A stretch of 64,000 bases of DNA, taken from Fidelibacterota bacterium (lineage in GTDB: Bacteria; Fidelibacterota; Marinisomatia; Marinisomatales; JACNKV01). Both the position numbers and the translations under genes were made by a program. The DNA lies in the NCBI GenBank assembly GCA_014381855.1, contig JACNKV010000035.1, positions 16,080-80,079 on the forward strand. Direction: 5' to 3'. Positions within the stretch are counted from its first letter, which is position 1, and every line of letters starts with the position of its first letter. Positions 1-9,534 of the stretch are shown here, in pieces. The notes beneath the pieces are model-generated. The model was not told where the DNA came from. It saw only the letters and a list, made by a program, of their open reading frames with translations, and did no database searches.

Positions 1-1780
1 TACGGTGAATGCCGGAGGATTGGGGATGATTGCAATTGGTGTCGGCGGAGCAGATGCTGTGGATGTGATGGCAGGAATGCCATGGGAGCTTAAATTCCCA
101 AAACTCATTGGTGTAAAACTCACCGGCAAACTCAACGGATGGGCTGCACCAAAAGATGTCATTTTAAAGGTAGCTGGAATTGTCTCTGCAAAAGGTGGAA
201 CCGGAGCAATCGTTGAATACTTCGGAGAAGGGGCGACTTCCTTGTCTGCGACGGGAAAAGGAACCATCTGTAATATGGGTGCGGAGATTGGTGCAACCAC
301 ATCAACCTTTGGGTATGATGAAAGTATGGAGCGCTATCTAAGAGCGACAGGACGCGAAGAAGTGGCAGATGCTGCCAATAAGATTAAAGAACACCTCACC
401 GGTGATCCGGAAGTTTATGCAAATCCGGAAAAATATTTCGACCAAGTTATCGAAATTAACTTGTCTGAACTTACACCACATTTGAATGGTCCGTTTACGC
501 CGGATTTAGCCACACCGGTAGCGGAGATGAATGCAAAAGCAACCGAAAACGATTGGCCTTTAGACGTAGAATGGGCATTGATTGGCTCATGCACAAATTC
601 GTCGTATGAGGATTTAACACGTGCCGCATCTATCGTCGAAGATGCCGTAAATAAAGGTATAAAACCCAAAGCCGTCTTGGGAATTAATCCCGGTTCAGAG
701 CAAGTCAGATATACGGCAGATAGAGACGGTTTGCTGGATACGTTCAGAAAGTTTGAATCGACGAAGATATTTACAAATGCGTGTGGTCCGTGTATCGGAC
801 AATGGGACAGGGAGGGCTCCGAAAAGGAGAAAAAGAACTCCATTGTACATTCGTTTAATCGAAATTTCGCCAAAAGAGCAGATGGCAATCCAAATACCCA
901 TGCGTTTGTTGCATCGCCGGAAATGGTCGCCGCCATTGCAATCTCCGGGCGGTTGGATTTTAATCCTGTGACCGACACGTTAACCACTGAAAAAGGTGAG
1001 CAGGTCAAACTTACAGAGCCCAGCGGATTTGAATTACCTCCAAACGGTTTTGGTGTGGAAGACAATGGATATCAAGCCCCCGCGGCTGATGGCAGCAATG
1101 TCGAAGTCATCGTAAATCCGAACTCTGAAAGATTGCAATTACTTACACCGTTTGCCCCGTGGAATGGTGAAAATATCCTTGGAGCAAAACTGTTAATTAA
1201 GGCTAAAGGAAAGTGTACCACAGATCATATCTCCATGGCAGGTCCATGGTTAAAATACCGGGGACATTTAGATAATATTTCAAACAACTGTTTGATAGGA
1301 GCTGTAAACGCGTTTGGTGGAAAAACGAATGCAATTATAAGTCAAATAGACAGTTTAACCGATGCTGTACCAAACGTTGCAAGAGCTTACAAAAAAGCAG
1401 GTATTCCGACAGTTGTTGTAGGCGATCATAATTACGGAGAAGGGTCATCAAGAGAGCATGCGGCCATGGAGCCAAGACATCTTGGTGTCGTTGCCGTTAT
1501 TGTTAAGTCTTTCGCAAGAATCCACGAAACGAACCTAAAAAAGCAAGGAATGTTGGGTCTCACGTTTGTCCATGAATCAGATTATGATTTAGTCAAAGAA
1601 GACGACACGTTTAATTTTATCGATTTAAATGCATTTACCGAGGGAAAACCGCTGACATTGAAGATTGTTCACATTGATGGGACATCGGACACTGTTAAAT
1701 TAAATCATACGTACAATGAAGCACAGATCGAATGGTTTAAGTATGGCTCCGCTCTGAATAAAATATCTGAAGAACGTTAA
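1..1780 (+). CDS. acnA: aconitate hydratase, 5' end cut by window edge (C-terminal ~591 aa present)
   Basis: Reading frame is open to the window edge. Aconitase motifs are present: IGSCTNSS and [10 protein letters not shown] (Fe-S cysteine ligands), [11 protein letters not shown], and swivel-domain [15 protein letters not shown]. Confidence 0.93.
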   Translation, partial: TVNAGGLGMIAIGVGGADAVDVMAGMPWELKFPKLIGVKLTGKLNGWAAPKDVILKVAGIVSAKGGTGAIVEYFGEGATSLSATGKGTICNMGAEIGATTSTFGYDESMERYLRATGREEVADAANKIKEHLTGDPEVYANPEKYFDQVIEINLSELTPHLNGPFTPDLATPVAEMNAKATENDWPLDVEWALIGSCTNSSYEDLTRAASIVEDAVNKGIKPKAVLGINPGSEQVRYTADRDGLLDTFRKFESTKIFTNACGPCIGQWDREGSEKEKKNSIVHSFNRNFAKRADGNPNTHAFVASPEMVAAIAISGRLDFNPVTDTLTTEKGEQVKLTEPSGFELPPNGFGVEDNGYQAPAADGSNVEVIVNPNSERLQLLTPFAPWNGENILGAKLLIKAKGKCTTDHISMAGPWLKYRGHLDNISNNCLIGAVNAFGGKTNAIISQIDSLTDAVPNVARAYKKAGIPTVVVGDHNYGEGSSREHAAMEPRHLGVVAVIVKSFARIHETNLKKQGMLGLTFVHESDYDLVKEDDTFNFIDLNAFTEGKPLTLKIVHIDGTSDTVKLNHTYNEAQIEWFKYGSALNKISEER

Positions 1781-1876
1781 TGGAACAGAATACATTTGGA
1801 ATTGTAGTAAAGAAAAAATACTGCATATTTACATGTGTATTCTTTTATAAATTACTAAGTCACAGGGAGTAGAAAT

Positions 1877-2314
1877 ATGACAAAATTATGGAATGATTTG
1901 AAAAAAAATATGCTGGAATGGGGAAGTGTTGCTGTCGAAAAAGCTGAGGAAGTCAGTAAAATCGCCGTTGCAAAAACGGAAGAGTTGACTAAAATCAGCA
2001 AAATTCGACTTGAGACCCATCAGCTTCAACGAGAATTAAATAAAACATTCGAAGACCTTGGGCGGTTTACTGCCCGTGAAGCACAGACGAATAATATGGT
2101 GAATTTCACCGGGAACACGGAGTTTTTCAATTATCTGCAGAAAGCGGGCGATCTGCGAATAGAAATTGATAAGAAAGAATTGGAAATACAGAAGATCAAA
2201 GATGAATACGACTTGAAAGAATCTGACATCATCTTGACAGAGACTGAAGAAAAACCCGAGAATGCAGATATCTCTGAGGATGTGGATGAGCAAGAAAAGG
2301 CTGATAAAGAGTAA
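1877..2314 (+). CDS. hypothetical coiled-coil protein with acidic C-terminus (145 aa)
   Basis: Clean ORF preceded by a GGGAG RBS about 8 nt upstream. Sequence is heptad-like and rich in E/K/L; I recognise no family. Confidence 0.6.
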   Translation: MTKLWNDLKKNMLEWGSVAVEKAEEVSKIAVAKTEELTKISKIRLETHQLQRELNKTFEDLGRFTAREAQTNNMVNFTGNTEFFNYLQKAGDLRIEIDKKELEIQKIKDEYDLKESDIILTETEEKPENADISEDVDEQEKADKE

Positions 2315-2389
2315 TCTATCTTCGGAAAACTCGTTGGAAATCAATGATAAGACATGTAAAATTGACCATTAATTTGGTGTCGTACATCT

Positions 2390-3316
2390 GTGACAGAACA
2401 CAAATATAAATCTTACATCGTTCAAACTGAAAACCGCCATCGGGTAAGACAATGGCATTTCACGTCGAAAACCCTATGGGGAGCTTTAGGGATATCGGTT
2501 ATTTTAGTTGGAACACTTCTCTTTTTTAGCGCTGAATTCCTAACTCAGAGGTTGTACCAAGCCAAGATTCGAGACATCCGAGAAGAATACTCCTCATTGT
2601 CTATTACACTGGCTGAGTTGCAAAATCGGTTAGGTGATATGAGCAACGACATCGATCGAATTGAAGAAAAAGATAAAGCGGTTCGAACCTATGCAAATCT
2701 TCCGGATATAGATAAAGATATTCGTCAGCTTGGTATCGGTGGTATGCGATTGGATCGTTCGAATAGAAATATCGAAACTCAGTCTGCAATCAAATCGAAA
2801 ATATCAAGTATTGAAATGGATGTGGATCAGCTTTCCAGAAAAGTAAAATTGGAACTTGCCAGTTACGAAACCATTTATGATCATGTGCAAGGAAATTCAA
2901 GCCGAATGAGACATATACCGTCTTTAAGGCCGGTTCTGTCAGGATATTTAAATTCCGGGTTTGGCTATCGCCGCGATCCAATGGACTTTACCCGCCGTTT
3001 TCATTATGGGCAAGACATTACTGTTTCCAGAGGAGCACCGGTCGTTGCCCCTGCTGATGGCATTGTTAAACAAGCACGTTATCGGGGCGGAAACGGAAAG
3101 TATATCAAAATTGATCATGGGAACGGTTATTCTACATTATATCTGCATTTGTCTAAGATCCAGGTGAAAAAAGGTCAATCTGTCAAACGTGGCGATATTA
3201 TCGGGAAAACGGGGAATACCGGGAGATCGACTGCTCCACATCTGCATTATGAAGTCCATTATTATGGCACCCCGCAGAACCCGCTAGATTATTTCTTCAG
3301 CGGAGTGGTGAATTAA
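2390..3316 (+). CDS. M23/LytM family metallopeptidase with N-terminal TM helix and coiled coil
   Basis: GTG start. TM segment LWGALGISVILVGTLLFF. Zinc motifs HxxxD (FHYGQD) and HxH (PHLHYEVH) are both intact. Confidence 0.88.
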   Translation: MTEHKYKSYIVQTENRHRVRQWHFTSKTLWGALGISVILVGTLLFFSAEFLTQRLYQAKIRDIREEYSSLSITLAELQNRLGDMSNDIDRIEEKDKAVRTYANLPDIDKDIRQLGIGGMRLDRSNRNIETQSAIKSKISSIEMDVDQLSRKVKLELASYETIYDHVQGNSSRMRHIPSLRPVLSGYLNSGFGYRRDPMDFTRRFHYGQDITVSRGAPVVAPADGIVKQARYRGGNGKYIKIDHGNGYSTLYLHLSKIQVKKGQSVKRGDIIGKTGNTGRSTAPHLHYEVHYYGTPQNPLDYFFSGVVN

Positions 3317-3349
3317 CACCATCCGCCACGATCCCAAAAGTTCCCATCA

Positions 3350-4687
3350 ATGAGCGTGTCGTATTATATCGAAACCTATGGCTGTCAAATGAACGTGGCG
3401 GATTCCGAGCTTATTGAAGGCGTTTTGAAAGAGCAGGGATTAATTCTATCTCATGATATTAATACGGCAGACGTCATTATGGTGAATACTTGTGCAGTGC
3501 GGGATCACGCTGAAGCGAAAGTTCACACCAGACTGGGGCAGTTCCATAAGATTAAACGACAGCGCCCTGACGTTTTAATTGGCGTATTGGGATGTATGGC
3601 ACAGCATTTGAAAAACGATCTTTTAGAAAACAAACCGTATGTTGATATTGTTTTGGGACCAGATTCTTACCGCCGACTTCCTGAAATCCTTCGGAGGAAA
3701 CAAGAGAAAAAACACATTGTTGATACAAAGCTATCAAAATATGAAGTATACGACAACCTTTTCCCGAGTCGAAAAGAAGGCATTAATGCCTGGGTTTCTA
3801 TTATGCGAGGCTGTGATAAATTCTGTACGTTTTGCATCGTTCCATTTACTCGCGGGCGAGAGCGGAGCCGAAGAATAGAAAGTATTGTCCATGAAGTGAC
3901 CAAAGCTGTTGCCGACGGGTTTGTAGAGGTTACATTACTTGGGCAAAATGTAAATTCTTTCAAGACCGGGGATAAACAATTCCCGGATCTGTTGGATAGC
4001 GTTGCACAAGTTCCAGGATTGCAACGGATACGATATACATCACCTCACCCTCAGGATGTGGATTCTGAATTACTGGATGTGATGGCGAAACATAAAAATA
4101 TTTGTAATTCCATCCATTTACCGCTACAAGCAGGATCTGATCGTATACTTAAACGCATGAACAGGACGTATACAAAAAAACACTTTATGGCGTTGGCAGA
4201 CCAAATTCGAAACAACTTACCAGGGGTTGGAATCAGTACAGACATTATTGTCGGTTTCCCCGGTGAAACTGAAGCAGAATTTCAGGAAACACTGGATGTG
4301 ATGCATCACGTGAAGTTTGATTCTGCATTTACGTTCAAGTATTCATCCCGCCCTCATACAAAAGCCGCGGAATATACCGACCACATTTCAGAAGACGTAA
4401 AACAGAATCGATTAGAACGAATGATAACTCTTCAGAAAGAACATACTTTGTTCCGAAATCAGGAAGTTGTCGGAAGTGTTTTATCCGTCATGGTGGAAAA
4501 AGAAAGCAAACGGTCGACGGATCAATGGGCAGGACGAACGGATTCAAATAAGTGGGTATTATTCGACAAAGTGAATGCATCCGTAAAAGAAATTGTATCT
4601 GTCAAAATTAATCGTGCCCATGGCGTAAGCCTGCATGGAAGCCTCGTAAACAAAGGAGTCAATGATGAAGTTGATAAAAATATTTAG
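3350..4687 (+). CDS. miaB: tRNA-2-methylthio-N6-dimethylallyladenosine synthase (radical SAM methylthiotransferase)
   Basis: N-terminal YIETYGCQMNVADSE domain, radical-SAM CxxxCxxC (CDKFCTFC) and a C-terminal TRAM-like segment. Length of 445 aa is typical. Confidence 0.92.
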   Translation: MSVSYYIETYGCQMNVADSELIEGVLKEQGLILSHDINTADVIMVNTCAVRDHAEAKVHTRLGQFHKIKRQRPDVLIGVLGCMAQHLKNDLLENKPYVDIVLGPDSYRRLPEILRRKQEKKHIVDTKLSKYEVYDNLFPSRKEGINAWVSIMRGCDKFCTFCIVPFTRGRERSRRIESIVHEVTKAVADGFVEVTLLGQNVNSFKTGDKQFPDLLDSVAQVPGLQRIRYTSPHPQDVDSELLDVMAKHKNICNSIHLPLQAGSDRILKRMNRTYTKKHFMALADQIRNNLPGVGISTDIIVGFPGETEAEFQETLDVMHHVKFDSAFTFKYSSRPHTKAAEYTDHISEDVKQNRLERMITLQKEHTLFRNQEVVGSVLSVMVEKESKRSTDQWAGRTDSNKWVLFDKVNASVKEIVSVKINRAHGVSLHGSLVNKGVNDEVDKNI

Positions 4688-4982
4688 CGTATTATTCATT
4701 TTATTATTAGCTTTATTCTTTTTGTTAAAGAATACTGCCCTCGTATCGGTGGACTTGATTTTTCAGCAATACGAAAATGTGAGTGTCGCTGTGGTGATGC
4801 TTGTCGCCTTAGGCGTGGGAGTTGTTATCGGATATGCTTCTGCTGTGGGATTATTTTTATCTGCCAAAGCTGATATACGCGCTCTCAACACGAAAAATCG
4901 CAGAGTTACCGATGAGTTGAACGACCTTAGAAATGTCGCCATTGACGAGGGAATTTATATGGTAGAAGACGAGGATAAATAA
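4662..4982 (+). CDS. LapA/DUF1049-like small inner-membrane protein
   Basis: Two TM helices followed by a short coiled coil. Overlaps the miaB end by 26 nt and sits directly upstream of a LapB-like TPR gene, the same pairing as lapA-lapB. Confidence 0.65.
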   Translation: MMKLIKIFSVLFILLLALFFLLKNTALVSVDLIFQQYENVSVAVVMLVALGVGVVIGYASAVGLFLSAKADIRALNTKNRRVTDELNDLRNVAIDEGIYMVEDEDK

Positions 4983-4984
4983 TT

Positions 4985-6037
4985 TTGAGTGGCATGACTA
5001 TCGCATTTATTATTGTTATTCTTGCTATTGCCGGAAGTATAGTGTTCTTTTCCATAAAGCCTAAAAAGAAACGCCGGACAGACTCAATATATACAGATGC
5101 GCTTAATGCAATGATTCGTAATGACCGCAAGACAGCACTCTCACTGCTAAGAGATGTGGTGCGACATGATTCGAACCATGTTGACGCATATTTGCAATTG
5201 GGGAATATTTTAAGAGAGACTCATCCCCAACAAGCCCTCAAAATACATCAATCGCTGACGGTCAGGCCCAATTTATCAAAAACGATGAAAATTGATATTC
5301 ATCAAGCGTTAGCATTGGATTACCAACTTCTTGGCAGACTTCCATTGGCAAAGCGCGAAACAGAGCAAATTCTTAAAATTGAGCGTCGGAATTTAATTGC
5401 GACGGAATTTCTATTATCCATTGCTGTAAGTGAACGTAACTGGACGGAAGCATCTACGTATGCAAAAGTGGTTCAACGGATAACCAATACGCAAGACAAA
5501 CAACAGTTGGCACAGTTCCAAGTGTATGAAGGTATGGATAAACTTGAACAGGGGGACAGGAATGGTGCACGATCCTCTTTTAAAAAAGCATTAAAGATTG
5601 CACCGGATTTTGGGGAACCTAATCGACACTTAGGTGACTTGCTTGAGGACGAAAGAGATTTGGTGAAGGCAATTGAACATTGGGAAAAATATGCTACGTT
5701 ATCTCCGAATGGTGCTAAAGGAGTGTTTAATAAAATTGAAACGGCACTCTTTGATTTAGGTCGGTTTGGTGAAGTAGAGAACTTTTACAGACGAATTCTT
5801 GAAAAAGATCCCGCCAACTTAGAAGCGCTGTCGAAGTTGGCAAATGTCATGGAAGAAAAAGGTGACAGGCAAACAGGTTTGGAATTGGTAGATAACGCAT
5901 TGGCGCGTAATGAGTCATCATTGCATATCAGGCTGATGAAATTAAAATTGTCTCTGACACTGAAACCACCTCACGAATTAGCACATCAGATTGATACATT
6001 AAGAACTCTCATTGCAGAAATCGAAAAAGAGCATTAG
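4985..6037 (+). CDS. LapB/YciM-like TPR protein with N-terminal TM anchor and no C-terminal Cys motif
   Basis: N-terminal TM IAFIIVILAIAGSIVFF followed by TPR repeats (YLQLGNILRETHPQQALKIHQSL resembles LapB). The protein contains no cysteine. The ORF-track start is TTG at 4985; an ATG at 4994 is equally possible. Confidence 0.7.
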   Translation: MSGMTIAFIIVILAIAGSIVFFSIKPKKKRRTDSIYTDALNAMIRNDRKTALSLLRDVVRHDSNHVDAYLQLGNILRETHPQQALKIHQSLTVRPNLSKTMKIDIHQALALDYQLLGRLPLAKRETEQILKIERRNLIATEFLLSIAVSERNWTEASTYAKVVQRITNTQDKQQLAQFQVYEGMDKLEQGDRNGARSSFKKALKIAPDFGEPNRHLGDLLEDERDLVKAIEHWEKYATLSPNGAKGVFNKIETALFDLGRFGEVENFYRRILEKDPANLEALSKLANVMEEKGDRQTGLELVDNALARNESSLHIRLMKLKLSLTLKPPHELAHQIDTLRTLIAEIEKEH

Positions 6038-6071
6038 GAGAGACGGTGAATGGGTAAAGAGGAGTAGTGGA

Positions 6072-6950
6072 GTGGTAAATAAAAGGGTGTATCTTGTATG
6101 TGGTTTTCTGATGATTGCCGGTATGATAAGCCCTGTTGTTGCTCAGAATACCGAACTTTACTTTTCATTGATTCAAGAAGGACGAATTCAGGAAGTTCGT
6201 CAAAACCTTCCGGAGCTCGTATCAAAACACCCCAATAATGACGGTGTCCATTTTCTTGTCGCTTTAACAACTGTTGATGGTGCGTCATCTGTTGAAAAAT
6301 TCAAAGAATTTATTGAGCGGTTTCCGGACTCCCGCTGGGCGGATGATGCACAAATGAAGATTGGAGAATATTTGTACGCGCGTGGATTATACAGTCAGGC
6401 GAGTGTACAATTTAGGCTTATCCCTCTTCGATATCCCAGTTCAGCACACATTCAGCGGGCGATGAATCTCATGGTACAGAGTTATGATGCTACCGGAGAA
6501 GCTGATAGTTCGCATTATTATCTGAAGGTTTTTAAGCATTATTATCCTGATTTAAGTTATGACCAATACGGCTATACGGATTTAGACATAAATCCAAGAA
6601 CATCGTTGGTGAGAATTCCGAATGAGCAGGCAAAAAAGAAACTGGCATCGGTGAAGAAAATGAAATCTTTGCCAAAAAAGACTACTGTAGCACCTCTTAT
6701 TAATCCAAAAGAAAGGCCCTGGGTTATCCAAGTCGGAGCGTTTGGAATGTATAATAATGCTAAGAAACTAAAAATGAACCTTAGCCAAAATGGTTATACA
6801 GTCGCGATTGATGAAATTATTTCCAATGGAAAACGACTCCATACAGTTCGAGTATTACGATTTTCTACGAAAGCGGAAGCGAATCGTGTCGGTAAAGAAT
6901 TACATCGAAAATTTTCCTTAAATTATCGGGTGTTAAATAAGCCATATTAA
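6072..6950 (+). CDS. SPOR-domain protein with signal peptide and YbgF/TPR-like region
   Basis: C-terminal SPOR-like segment WVIQVGAFGMYNNAKKLKMNLSQNGY..HTVRVLRFSTKAEANRVGKEL. Probable GTG start at 6072 after a GAGGAG RBS gives the signal peptide VNKRVYLVCGFLMIAGMISPVVAQ. The ORF-track start at 6012 would overlap the upstream gene. Confidence 0.75.
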   Translation: MVNKRVYLVCGFLMIAGMISPVVAQNTELYFSLIQEGRIQEVRQNLPELVSKHPNNDGVHFLVALTTVDGASSVEKFKEFIERFPDSRWADDAQMKIGEYLYARGLYSQASVQFRLIPLRYPSSAHIQRAMNLMVQSYDATGEADSSHYYLKVFKHYYPDLSYDQYGYTDLDINPRTSLVRIPNEQAKKKLASVKKMKSLPKKTTVAPLINPKERPWVIQVGAFGMYNNAKKLKMNLSQNGYTVAIDEIISNGKRLHTVRVLRFSTKAEANRVGKELHRKFSLNYRVLNKPY

Positions 6951-6978
6951 CAGTTTTCGTCCAACCATATTGGAAATT

Positions 6979-7071
6979 GGGAATGATTGCGAGGCTGGTG
7001 CCCGCCGCGGTCTTCAAAACCGTTGTCCCCGGTATTCCCGGGGAGCTGGGTTCGATTCCCAGGCGTTCCCG
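6979..7071 (+). tRNA. selC: tRNA-Sec (anticodon UCA)
   Basis: Hand fold. Acceptor GGGAATGA pairs with GCGTTCCC (7 pairs plus 1 mismatch). Anticodon loop CTTCAAA at 7012-7018 carries TCA at 7014-7016. Long variable arm CCCCGG/CCGGGG spans 7027-7043. T arm is CTGGG-TTCGATT-CCCAG, with discriminator G at 7071. CCA is not encoded. Confidence 0.8.
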
Positions 7072-7206
7072 CATAGTCCTGCAACCGACCGAAGTGGAGG
7101 GCGGGCAGGTAGCCCAAATTGACCTTTTCGGAGTGGACTCACCAATGTTTTATCAGTAATTCAACCGGATACACCGCCTGCCGACTCTCTTATGTCCGAG
7201 GTGGGC

Positions 7207-9534
7207 TTATTTCAACAATAACACCTTCCGTGTATTGGAGTGATTTCCTATAATTATCTGTACAAAATACACGCCGCTGGAGTGCTGTGAAGCATCCCAC
7301 TTTACAGTGTGATTCCCACACACAACTTCACCGCTCACCAATATTTCCACCAAACGACCTGTGATATCGTAAACTTGTATTGTCACGTTACTGATAACTG
7401 ATAACTGGTAACTGATAACTGTTTTCGGATTAAACGGGTTTGGATAAACAGAGAGTTCGAATTTGGTAGGGTGTGTATTATCGTCGATCGATAAACCTAC
7501 GTTTCCTTCTGATGGGCTTGGTGTCATTTGCATCCAAGTCTCTGTTCCGTCAGGCATTCTGCCAAAGGATATATCAGCTGATTGTGTAGCAAAAGTGATA
7601 GAATCCAACACCGTAACACCATCGTCGGCGGTGAGAGCAATAAATTCACCTCCAGCGGATAATTTGAAGTTAGTGTGAAGTAACCCCTGCTCTTGGTCTT
7701 CATCGCACCAGATTAACAGATGCTCTCCTGCTTCTAGTATGACACCGCCAAAAGGAAATTGCCATTTGGTTAAATTATCAGGTTTGTCGGTCAAATACAT
7801 TCCGCTCAAATTTAAATCCTCATCGGAGCTATTGTATAACTCAATCCAATCATCATATTCCCCGGCTTCGTCAGTGTTTACGGCATCATTTTTAGCAAGG
7901 AATTCATTGATGAACAGCATCGGGATTATGTCTGTTGGTGTTTGAAGAGTGATTTTTTGTTGCCGTGGATATGTCTGAGTTTGTCCGATATTATCTTCAA
8001 CAAAAATATCAAAATATCCTGTAACCCCGGTACCAAGAGGAGGAATGACTCCCGTCCACCGATCGGTGTTTTCAACGATTTTAGTATCGGTGATTGGATT
8101 AAAAATCATTGGATATTCCGTCCATTCCGGGACAGGTGCGTCAAAATACCGTATAGTTACTTGGCTCAATCCATTGCTTCCGAATGCGGCGATGGTTACG
8201 TAAATGCTGTCTTCCGGTTGTGGATGTTTTGGATTCCAGTCGATAGCATAAACAATGGGTGCTGCTCCGGTAAAAGGCGGATTCCCGGAAAAGGAATTTA
8301 CACGTGCGTTTACAAATTCTTTTATTCCACGTTTTACATGTTGGTTTTCGTAGTGATTTGAGGAATAAGACTGAAAAAAGTCGTTGAGAGTAAATCCATA
8401 GTCGTATGTGCGATACTCATCAATTTGCGCCCACGGAAAAGCAGTGTTGTATAATGCATCAATTCGTTCTTCCCAAATAGGTAATGGGTAAACATTTTCG
8501 AGGAAATACTGAATAAAGTGGCTGTAAAGATCACGATATTGATTATTCCCCATTATTCGCTCAGCCAGTGGACGAGGTCCGTCATCGATAATCGGGAAGT
8601 CGTAAGGATTGGTGGTTGTCCAGTCAATACCAAACCAATCGATGCCAAACGTATTGTCATAATCATACGGAATCCAATGGAAGCGATTTTCATTCGGTTC
8701 ATGGTAGAGATAGTAATTATTCATCAAAAACCAATAGTCGTCCCATCCTCCAACAAGGATATTCATGGCAAAGTATTTGAGTACTTCCTCCACGTGTAAA
8801 ACCTTTTCCAGTGAGTCAGCAAGGAGTCCATCCGGTGTTTGGTTAATAATTCTTATGAGTCTAGCAAGCTGAGTAAAATCATATTCATCTTTATTGGTTT
8901 TTAGGCTATATGGGCGTTCTTCATCGTGGTAAGGGTGATAAGCCTCAGCGTCGTCTCCACGATAGGTTAAATCCGCCGGCCAAATGCATTTCCAAAGATT
9001 ACCGCTGTCGTCGGAATAATTTTTCTCTAAGAACGTATCATCGATATGTTCAACAGAGATATACAACCCGTAATAATTTCCGTTGACATACACAGCGGCA
9101 TGCGTTGCTCTTGATACGACCATGTGAATATCTTGGTATAAATCCCAGCAAAGTTTACTTCGGACGATAGAAGGATCATTATGCTCACCATTAAGATTGA
9201 TTTTCTCTACACCATGAAAGTCACGCCCTGAGACGAAATGATTAAAATCCAGTTTGAATGACTTTTTTACCGCCGTTCTGGATGTATTGCCACGAAGGCG
9301 AAAACCGACATCTTCGATTATTTCATCAAACCACTCATTGGAGTAATGAACAGTAGCAAGATGCAGAGAGTCACTTTCGACGTGTGCATAAATCCACTCA
9401 AGATCATCGGCGTCGACGGTAATTTCGATAACATCAACTTGAGTATCATCGTAGAGTTTCCAACTGTCGTCAGCACTTGACGTATTGAAAAAAAGAAGTA
9501 AGGCTAAGAGGGTGGAAGAAATAAAATTTCTCAT
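7207..9534 (-). CDS. CotH-family protein with lamin-tail (LTD) domain and T9SS C-terminal sorting domain
   Basis: CotH-like core (GFRLRGNTSR, KKSFKLDF, HWIPYDYDNTFG). LTD-like segment INEFLAKNDAVNTDEAGEYDDWIELYNSSDEDLNLSGMYLTDK. CTD runs YPNPFNPKTVISY..GVYFVQII..RKVLLLK. Signal peptide present. Its start overlaps the upstream GH13 stop (ATGA at 9531-9534). Confidence 0.85.
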   Translation of the reverse strand: MRNFISSTLLALLLFFNTSSADDSWKLYDDTQVDVIEITVDADDLEWIYAHVESDSLHLATVHYSNEWFDEIIEDVGFRLRGNTSRTAVKKSFKLDFNHFVSGRDFHGVEKINLNGEHNDPSIVRSKLCWDLYQDIHMVVSRATHAAVYVNGNYYGLYISVEHIDDTFLEKNYSDDSGNLWKCIWPADLTYRGDDAEAYHPYHDEERPYSLKTNKDEYDFTQLARLIRIINQTPDGLLADSLEKVLHVEEVLKYFAMNILVGGWDDYWFLMNNYYLYHEPNENRFHWIPYDYDNTFGIDWFGIDWTTTNPYDFPIIDDGPRPLAERIMGNNQYRDLYSHFIQYFLENVYPLPIWEERIDALYNTAFPWAQIDEYRTYDYGFTLNDFFQSYSSNHYENQHVKRGIKEFVNARVNSFSGNPPFTGAAPIVYAIDWNPKHPQPEDSIYVTIAAFGSNGLSQVTIRYFDAPVPEWTEYPMIFNPITDTKIVENTDRWTGVIPPLGTGVTGYFDIFVEDNIGQTQTYPRQQKITLQTPTDIIPMLFINEFLAKNDAVNTDEAGEYDDWIELYNSSDEDLNLSGMYLTDKPDNLTKWQFPFGGVILEAGEHLLIWCDEDQEQGLLHTNFKLSAGGEFIALTADDGVTVLDSITFATQSADISFGRMPDGTETWMQMTPSPSEGNVGLSIDDNTHPTKFELSVYPNPFNPKTVISYQLSVISNVTIQVYDITGRLVEILVSGEVVCGNHTVKWDASQHSSGVYFVQIIIGNHSNTRKVLLLK

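Noticed and set aside
415-1065. 216-aa ORF on the minus strand inside the aconitase gene, along with many similar 60-165-aa antisense or out-of-frame ORFs across the window (for example 30298-30732, 55795-56190, 60965-61462, 7942-8361)
   Set aside because: Each lies entirely within a longer ORF that has clear family motifs. None has an RBS or a recognisable domain, so they are shadow ORFs typical of long coding regions.
6865-7159. Two ORF-track entries (6865-7074 minus, 6977-7159 plus) as possible small proteins
   Set aside because: Both run straight through the tRNA-Sec structure. Their peptides are low-complexity read-through of the tRNA arms, so the tRNA explains the region better.
7072-7206. 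Possible genomic-island junction or ncRNA downstream of selC
   Set aside because: There is no integrase, no transposase and no direct repeat of the tRNA 3' end in the window, and I could not fold a convincing hairpin or terminator. It is mentioned only as context in the tRNA-Sec finding.
7385-7425. Short run of GTTATCA/GTTACCA-like repeats (ctgataactgataactggtaactgataactg)
   Set aside because: It lies within the CotH CTD coding region and simply encodes VISYQLSVISN. It is too short and irregular to be a CRISPR array or a phase-variation tract.
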